A stretch of 64,000 bases of DNA from contig JBBIIN010000001.1 of assembly GCA_037446515.1 (NCBI GenBank), forward strand, positions 45,556 through 109,555, written 5' to 3'. The position numbers and the translations under genes were made by a program. Under the pieces are notes generated by a model, which was given only the letters and a program-made list of their open reading frames with translations, did not search any database and was not told the DNA's origin. This document shows, piece by piece, positions 58,275-64,000 of this stretch. Position 1 is the first letter of the stretch, and each line of letters begins with the position of its first letter. This DNA is from Gallionellaceae bacterium. GTDB taxonomy: Bacteria > Pseudomonadota > Gammaproteobacteria > Burkholderiales > Gallionellaceae.

Positions 58275-58738
58275 TTCCTGCTCTTGCTTTTGATGTAGGC
58301 CTCGACGCTGGCGCGCGTCAGTCCGCCTTCTTGGTAACTCACCAGTTCTCCTTGCGGGTTGTAAAGATAGGAGGTCGGCAACACCTCGACTTCGCCGACC
58401 TGCGCCGCCTGATCGTAATCGCTGACCACCACCGGGTAACTGACACGGCGCTTGGCGACGAATTCACGCACGGACTTTTCGGTGGAATCCAGCGCCACGC
58501 CGATCACGACCAGGTCGGTTTGTTTGTGCGCCTCGTGCAACTGCACCAAGTCCGGCACCTCTTCCAGGCAGGGCGGGCACCAGGTCGCCCAGAAATTCAC
58601 CAGCACCCACTTGCCGCGGTAATCCAGCAAACGCTGCTCGCGCCCCTGGATGTCCTTGAACACGAACGGCTCTGCCGCACTTGCGCTGGCGCCGCACAAG
58701 GCGAGGGTGGCGCACAACAGCGCGGCGGCAAAGCGCAT
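58271..58738 (-). CDS. TlpA-family thiol:disulfide reductase
   Basis: NFWATWCPPC, LPTSYL; signal peptide. Confidence 0.9.
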   Translation of the reverse strand: MRFAAALLCATLALCGASASAAEPFVFKDIQGREQRLLDYRGKWVLVNFWATWCPPCLEEVPDLVQLHEAHKQTDLVVIGVALDSTEKSVREFVAKRRVSYPVVVSDYDQAAQVGEVEVLPTSYLYNPQGELVSYQEGGLTRASVEAYIKSKSRN

Positions 58739-59334
58739 CAGTGCCCCGCTTTCTCTTCGTGCTCCGCTTCGATATCGGTCGCTTCGTGATCTTTCGCAGC
58801 GGCGTGTCCGTCCGCCGCGTGCGTCCAGTACAGCGCCAGTGCGATCAGGGCGATGCTCGCGCCGAGATATAACAGGTCCAGAGGGCCGCTCATGTGCATG
58901 TTGATCGCCTGCTCGAACAGGGTCACGATCATGATCATCAGGATCACCTTGGCCAGGCGCGCTTTCAGATCGTCCAGACTGTCAATCACCAGTATCTTGC
59001 TCGAGGACCTGCTGCCGTGCGCCTGATCGATGTCGCTGATGAACAACTCATAGATGCCCAGCGAGAAGATCAGCATCACCGTTGCCAGCAGGTAGCCATC
59101 CACCACCTCGACGATGTGCGTGATGGTGTCATCATGCAACTGCTTGCGGGCAACCTCGGTAATGTCGGCATCGCCGTAATGCACCACGTGCATGAGCAGA
59201 TTCCACACATCCACCGTCGCCATGTAAAAAATGGCGAAACCGGCGACCAGACTGCCTATCACCGCCGCCATCACGACAAAGCGGCTGTTCCACAATGTGC
59301 CTTCAAAAATATTTTCGAGAAATTTCACGGTCAT
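58738..59334 (-). CDS. YqhA/UPF0114-family membrane protein
   Basis: VDGYLLATVMLIFSLGIYELFIS, LDDLKARL; SD AAGGAG. Confidence 0.85.
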   Translation of the reverse strand: MTVKFLENIFEGTLWNSRFVVMAAVIGSLVAGFAIFYMATVDVWNLLMHVVHYGDADITEVARKQLHDDTITHIVEVVDGYLLATVMLIFSLGIYELFISDIDQAHGSRSSSKILVIDSLDDLKARLAKVILMIMIVTLFEQAINMHMSGPLDLLYLGASIALIALALYWTHAADGHAAAKDHEATDIEAEHEEKAGH

Positions 59335-59407
59335 CTCCTTACAAATGATTGGTCCATACAAAAAAACGGGCGGCGCGCATTAAAACCGAAAAGCCGCGCA
59401 GCGGCAA

Positions 59408-60613
59408 TCACTTCGCCCAAATGTCGTGCAGGCTCAGGCTTCCAGCCTCATCCATGCGCTTCTCCAGCGCAACGAACCAGGCTCGGATATCGCTGTCGCC
59501 CCGGGGCAACTGGCTGCTGTCCAGCAGGAACAATGTGGTCAACTCTGATAATTGGATACGTTCTGGCGCGCGCACCATACCCCATCCCAGCCCGGACAAT
59601 TTACCGACGATCTTCGCCCTCACCAGCTTACCCAGGATGCGCTCGACATCTTCGTAGCCGATGCGCAGCTGGCGCGACAGGCCGGGCAAATTCTGCACCT
59701 CCCCCTTTTGCAGCCCCTTGTACATCAGCTTCAACATCGCCAGCGCAAAATAAAGCTGCGCGGCCTGATCGAGTTTCAGCGCATGGGTGCTGCGCCAATG
59801 CGAGATGGACGCGGTAATGATGGCGCCGAACAGCAAGGTCAGCCAGGACAGGTAAATCCACAGCAGGAAGATCGGCACGCTGGCGAAAGCGCCATAGACC
59901 AGCTTGTAGGTGGGAAAATGCGCGATGTAGTAGGCGAACGCCTGGTTCATCGACTCGAACGTGATCGATGCAATCACGCCGCCGATGAGCGCATGGCGCA
60001 TCGGCACATAACGGTTGGGCACCACGCGGAACAGCAGGGTGAACGCCGCCGTGGTGAGCACGACCGGAAGCAGCTTGAGCAGTTCCACCCCAGCCTCGGA
60101 TATCTGCTGGAAGTACCCCAGCGACAGCCCTGCCAGCCACGAGGTCGCCGACAGGCTGCCGCCCACCAGGATGGGGGCCAGCGTGATGACCGCCCAATAC
60201 ACCAGCACGCGCTGCAACATGCTGCGCTGGCGCGACACGCGGAAGATGCGGTGAAAGGCATTATCTATGGTCAATATCATCCACATTGCCGTGAAGGCGA
60301 GGAAGGCGATGCCGACCGCCGTCAGGCGCGACGCGCTCTCGGCGAACTGCTCCATGTAACGCGTGATCATCCTGCCGCCGGTTTCCGGCAGCATGTTGGA
60401 CAGAATGAACTCCTTGAGATGCATGGAAATATCCGCGAAGACCGGAAACGCGGAAAACACGGTCAGTATGATGGTGAGCAGCGGCACCACCGACAGTAAG
60501 GTGGTAAAAGTCAGGCTGGCCGCCATCTCGGTACAGCGGTCTTGGCGCAAGCGCACCCCGACAAAATGCAGGAAGCGCAACGCATCTAGGATACCTAAAT
60601 TGGGAAGTTTCAT
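59408..60613 (-). CDS. YihY/BrkB-family inner-membrane protein with C-terminal wHTH-like extension
   Basis: AASLTFTTLLSVVP, Y..VYGAFA..PIFLLWIYLSW, helix-turn-helix-like tail. Confidence 0.88.
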   Translation of the reverse strand: MKLPNLGILDALRFLHFVGVRLRQDRCTEMAASLTFTTLLSVVPLLTIILTVFSAFPVFADISMHLKEFILSNMLPETGGRMITRYMEQFAESASRLTAVGIAFLAFTAMWMILTIDNAFHRIFRVSRQRSMLQRVLVYWAVITLAPILVGGSLSATSWLAGLSLGYFQQISEAGVELLKLLPVVLTTAAFTLLFRVVPNRYVPMRHALIGGVIASITFESMNQAFAYYIAHFPTYKLVYGAFASVPIFLLWIYLSWLTLLFGAIITASISHWRSTHALKLDQAAQLYFALAMLKLMYKGLQKGEVQNLPGLSRQLRIGYEDVERILGKLVRAKIVGKLSGLGWGMVRAPERIQLSELTTLFLLDSSQLPRGDSDIRAWFVALEKRMDEAGSLSLHDIWAK

Positions 60614-60642
60614 ACGGTTCGATATGCCCATACAATGCTCAC

Positions 60643-61350
60643 ATGATACCCGACAAAATCCCCTCCCAAAGCAATGCCCGCACAGCGCGGCAGTTGCTGC
60701 GCACGCACCGCTACGGCGCGCTCTCTACCCTGTCGAAAAAATATGACGGCCACCCATTCGGCTCCATCACGCCTTACCTGGTTGACCACGACGGCAGCCT
60801 GCTCATCTTCATCAGCGACTTGGCCGAACACACCAAAAATATCAAGCATGACCCGCGCGTCAGCCTGGTCACGCACAACCAGCACGACCCGCGTATCCAG
60901 ACACAGGGGCGCGTCACCGTGATCGGCATGGCCGCGCATGTGGCCGCACGCGAACAGGCTGGCAGGCGTTACCTGCGCCATTTCCCGGAAGCACAAACGT
61001 ATTACGACATGCAGGATTTCCAGTTCTACCGCATCACGCCGCAAGCCATCCGCTATATCGGCGGCTTCGGCGACATCCACTGGATGCAAGCCGAAAACTA
61101 CCGGATACCTCCCTATCCCCTGATCCTCGAGGAGGAACGTTTAATCGAAGAGATCAACCGCGACCACGCTGCGGCACTGGCCGCAAAGTTGGCCTCACCT
61201 GCCAGGGACGCTACACAATTGATCGGGGTGGATTGCGATGGTTTCGATCTGCGCGCAGGGGATCTCACGCTACGCAGCGAATTCCCCGCCATGATGCTGG
61301 ATGCCGCACGGGCACATGGGGCACTGCTGGACATGCTTGCAAAAGGCTAA
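60643..61350 (+). CDS. HugZ/PNPOx-like split-barrel protein with DUF2470-like C-domain
   Basis: PFGS, SDLAEHTKN, RYIGGFG, GVDCDG.DL. Confidence 0.82.
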   Translation: MIPDKIPSQSNARTARQLLRTHRYGALSTLSKKYDGHPFGSITPYLVDHDGSLLIFISDLAEHTKNIKHDPRVSLVTHNQHDPRIQTQGRVTVIGMAAHVAAREQAGRRYLRHFPEAQTYYDMQDFQFYRITPQAIRYIGGFGDIHWMQAENYRIPPYPLILEEERLIEEINRDHAAALAAKLASPARDATQLIGVDCDGFDLRAGDLTLRSEFPAMMLDAARAHGALLDMLAKG

Positions 61351-61625
61351 GGAACCTCTGATTAAGTCCGCCATGAACCGCGTTGCTATCCAAATAGCGA
61401 TGATTGCAAGGCGCGCGACGAAGGTCGTAGCCGTGACTACGATGCCGAGGAGCGCAACCCCGTGAGCGTGCAATTTGGAAACAACCCGCATGGGCACTGG
61501 TTTTGCGGGCGGTATGCGGCGTTGGACTCGTTGCGAAGGGCATCAACCATTCACTGCCTCGTCCGCCTTGCATTCCATCCCGCAAAACCAAGTGCGCGGT
61601 CATGTGGGGCTTAATCAGAGGTTCG
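61351..61625. mobile_element. 275-bp non-autonomous MITE, IS5-like (4-bp CTAA duplication)
   Basis: Perfect 15-bp TIR GAACCTCTGATTAAG (61352-61366 / 61610-61624), imperfect to ~31 bp; CTAA at 61347-61350 and 61626-61629. Confidence 0.85.
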
Positions 61626-61934
61626 CTAACCGCGCACGCCTTTAATCTCCACAGGGGCAGTCTCCTCCCCGTCGGGCTGGGCTTCCTGCGGTGCGGGGCT
61701 GGCTGGAGCCACACTCTCCTTTTGCAGCGGTGGCACCGGCACATCCGCCTTGGCAGGCAACGGTTCCACGGTTTTCACCCGGCGCGTGGCGTGTGTGCGC
61801 CCGGACGCGGCGGTGTGCTCCGATGACACGGCAGCCAAGCTAGACACAGCATCGGTGGGCATGGAAGCGGCAGCCAGCGCATCGCCTGCGCCCCACGCCG
61901 CCGCCAGCCACATCAGCCACATTCCCCGTCCCAT
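61626..61934 (-). CDS. Hypothetical exported low-complexity protein downstream of leuA
   Basis: SD GGAGG before ATG 61934, signal-peptide-like N-terminus, Pro/Ala/Glu-rich, ends VEIKGVRG. Confidence 0.55.
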   Translation of the reverse strand: MGRGMWLMWLAAAWGAGDALAAASMPTDAVSSLAAVSSEHTAASGRTHATRRVKTVEPLPAKADVPVPPLQKESVAPASPAPQEAQPDGEETAPVEIKGVRG

Positions 61935-61954
61935 GCCCCCTCCTGGCATCCGCA

Positions 61955-63490
61955 TCAAAGCTGCGGATGAGCTCGCTCCGCGCCCGCATGCAGCTTGTTC
62001 AGCGCGTTCAGATAGGCTTTGGCTGAAGCCACCACGATGTCGGTATCCGCGCCCTGCCCGTTGACCACGCGCCCGCCCCTGGACAGACGCACCGTCACCT
62101 CGCCCTGCGCATCGGTGCCGCTGGTGATGTTGTTCACCGAGTACAGCAACAGTTCGGTATTACTTTGCGTGATCTGCTCGATAGCCTTGAAGGTCGCATC
62201 CACCGGCCCGCCGCCTTGTGCATCAGACTGGCGTTCCTTGCCGCCGACATTCAATATCACGCGCGCCACCGGCAACGCCCCGGTCTCGGAATGCGCGCCC
62301 ATCGCCACTAGGCGGTAATGCTCGCTCACTTGCATCGTCTCTTCGTTGCTGACCAGCGCCTGCAAGTCCTCGTCGAAGATCTCGTGCTTCTTGTCGGCCA
62401 GATCCTTGAAACGCGCGAAGGCCGCGTTCACTGCCTCTTCGCCTTCCAGCACGATGCCCAATTCCTGCAAACGCGCGCGGAACGCCGCGCGGCCCGAGTG
62501 CTTGCCCATCACCATCTTGTTGGCACCCCAACCCACGTCCTCGGCACGCATGATCTCGTAGGTCTCGCGGTGCTTGAGCACGCCGTCCTGATGGATACCG
62601 GACTCGTGCGCGAAGGCGTTGGCGCCAACGATGGCCTTGTTCGGCTGAATCGGGTAGCCGGTGATGCTGGATACCAGCTTGGAGGTCGGCACGATCTGCG
62701 TCGCATCGATGTGGCAATCGCACTTGAAGATGTCGCGGCGCGTGCGCACCGCCATCACCACCTCTTCCAGCGAAGCGTTGCCCGCGCGTTCTCCCAAGCC
62801 ATTGATGGTGCATTCCACTTGGCGCGCGCCGTTCATCACCGCAGCCAGCGAATTGGCCGAGGCCATGCCTAGGTCGTTGTGGCAATGCGTGGACCAGATC
62901 ACCTTGTCCGAACCCGGCACACGCGCGATCAGCTCCCTGAAGCGCTCGCCCCACAACACCGGGATGCTGTAGCCCACCGTGTCCGGCACGTTCAGCGTGG
63001 TGGCGCCCGCCTGGATGACCTCGGTGAAGATGCGCACCAGGAAATCCATCTCGGAGCGCACCGCATCCTCGGCGGAGAATTCCACATCGTCGGTATATTC
63101 GCGCGCCCACTTCACCGCCTGGACCGCGCGCTCCACCACCTGGTCCTCGGTCATGCGCAACTTGTGCTGCATGTGGATGGGCGAGGTGGCGATGAAAGTA
63201 TGGATGCGACCGCGCTTGGCCGGCTTGATCGCCTCTCCCGCCACGCGCACATCGCGTTCGTTGGCGCGCGCCAGTGAGCACACGATCGAATGCTCGATCA
63301 CCTTGGCGATGCTGTGGATCGCGTCGGCATCGCCGGGGCTGGCCGCCGCAAAGCCCGCCTCGATCACATCCACGCCCAGCTTCTCCAGCTGGCGCGCGAT
63401 GCGCAACTTCTCTTCCTTGGTCATGGACGCGCCGGGACTCTGCTCGCCGTCGCGCAAAGTGGTGTCGAATATGATCAATTTGTCAGTCAT
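61955..63490 (-). CDS. leuA: 2-isopropylmalate synthase
   Basis: [32 protein letters not shown]-terminal regulatory domain. Confidence 0.97.
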   Translation of the reverse strand: MTDKLIIFDTTLRDGEQSPGASMTKEEKLRIARQLEKLGVDVIEAGFAAASPGDADAIHSIAKVIEHSIVCSLARANERDVRVAGEAIKPAKRGRIHTFIATSPIHMQHKLRMTEDQVVERAVQAVKWAREYTDDVEFSAEDAVRSEMDFLVRIFTEVIQAGATTLNVPDTVGYSIPVLWGERFRELIARVPGSDKVIWSTHCHNDLGMASANSLAAVMNGARQVECTINGLGERAGNASLEEVVMAVRTRRDIFKCDCHIDATQIVPTSKLVSSITGYPIQPNKAIVGANAFAHESGIHQDGVLKHRETYEIMRAEDVGWGANKMVMGKHSGRAAFRARLQELGIVLEGEEAVNAAFARFKDLADKKHEIFDEDLQALVSNEETMQVSEHYRLVAMGAHSETGALPVARVILNVGGKERQSDAQGGGPVDATFKAIEQITQSNTELLLYSVNNITSGTDAQGEVTVRLSRGGRVVNGQGADTDIVVASAKAYLNALNKLHAGAERAHPQL

Positions 63491-63514
63491 GTCGGTACTC
63501 CGGTGCAATTCCTC

Positions 63515-63540
63515 AAAAGCGGCCATCACGCAGATGCCGC
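63515..63540 (-). terminator. Putative leuA attenuator hairpin
   Basis: Minus strand GCGGCATC-TGCGT-GATGGCCGC-TTTT, 25 nt upstream of the leuA ATG. Confidence 0.6.
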
Positions 63541-63571
63541 CTGTCCTTGATGCAAGATGGGATGGGAAGGA

Positions 63572-63652
63572 TTAGCGCGCGACGCGCAGCTTCAGCGCCG
63601 CCAGCAGGCTGAAGGTGGAGTGCAAAAGCGAGAGGTGTCTGGAAAAATGCAT
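63572..63652 (-). CDS. Putative leu leader peptide MHFSRHLSLLHSTFSLLAALKLRVAR
   Basis: 26 aa with 7 Leu codons, lying between the promoter and the attenuator hairpin. Confidence 0.65.
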   Translation of the reverse strand: MHFSRHLSLLHSTFSLLAALKLRVAR

Positions 63653-63658
63653 GGTTGG

Positions 63659-63687
63659 AATATAGCGGCTTTTGCAGGGGGCTGCAA
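63659..63687 (-). promoter_or_regulatory. sigma70 promoter of the leu leader/leuA
   Basis: Minus strand TTGCAG-N17-TATATT. Confidence 0.65.
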
Positions 63688-63712
63688 CAAAACCAATGCG
63701 GCACCACCTGTT

Positions 63713-63917
63713 CCGGCGCTTTGTATTCGATGGCAAAGTGGCTGTGCTTGCTGCCGGTCTTGCTCACGCCACCTTCGTAACAGTAGCTGTCCGCCGTGAC
63801 GGCGACTGGGGGTGGTCTGCCCGATGAGGGCGCACAGGTCGGAGAAATGCGACTGGTAGCTCTGCCGTTCGTCGAGGGGGCTGCTTGCCACTTGTCAATG
63901 AATGCGCTCGGAATCAT
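63713..63917 (-). pseudogene. Degenerate 5' fragment of an MmeI-like (type IIL/IIG) restriction-modification gene
   Basis: Splicing two frames gives MIPSAFIDKWQAA/LDERQSYQSHFSDLCALIGQTTP/TADSYCYEGGVSKTG-KHSHFAIEYK. Confidence 0.65.
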
Positions 63918-64000
63918 GGCCGTTCCGTTTTTTGGAGTAGGCGCATCTTGCGGAAAATCAGGGCACGGGACGAGCGGCCATGAAAAAGCCCGGCGCAAGG

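Noticed and set aside
61270-61744. Short ORFs across the HugZ-leuA intergenic region
   Set aside because: They are explained by the non-coding MITE and show no transposase motifs.
63983-64000. Start of a terminator-like hairpin (AAAAAGCCCGGC-GCAA...)
   Set aside because: It is cut by the window edge, so the second arm cannot be verified.

Overview
This is a GC-rich betaproteobacterial chromosomal segment. The Nitrosomonadales/Gallionellaceae-like gene style is my impression, not a search result. Most of it is housekeeping: trxA-rho, rplU-rpmA-obgE-proB, tamAB, nhaD, pbpG, Atm1-like ABC, clsB, nadA-nudB-aspS, monomeric icd, csp, clpSA, gluQ, secDF-yajC-tgt-queA, tRNA-Leu(CAA), nudJ-mnmA-mscS-purB, panDC, coaBC-dut, rppH, proS and leuA. 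The main accessory feature is a ~7.9 kb two-gene module at 41785-49534: a TPR + outer-membrane beta-barrel protein (Slam/type XI secretion-like) followed by a 2067-aa exported protein. The large protein has a signal peptide, an N-terminal FecR-like domain, an Ala-rich heptad stalk and five tandem TbpB-like handle+barrel modules. The module sits between two hairpins with identical 11-bp arms, whose flanks suggest a crossover in the loop. Features missing from the ORF track: a 275-bp MITE with TIRs and a CTAA duplication that supplies the stop codons of both flanking genes; a Leu-rich, probably leaderless leader peptide with an attenuator before leuA; a frameshifted MmeI-like restriction-modification remnant; a 24-aa membrane peptide after nhaD; a palindromic repeat present once between genes and once in frame inside coaBC; a G9 tract in the putative promoter of a heme-c (CxxCH) GGDEF-EAL sensor; and a terminator-like hairpin in the csp 5' UTR. 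I saw no CRISPR array, rRNA, integrase or transposase. All family assignments come from motif recognition by eye, without database searches.
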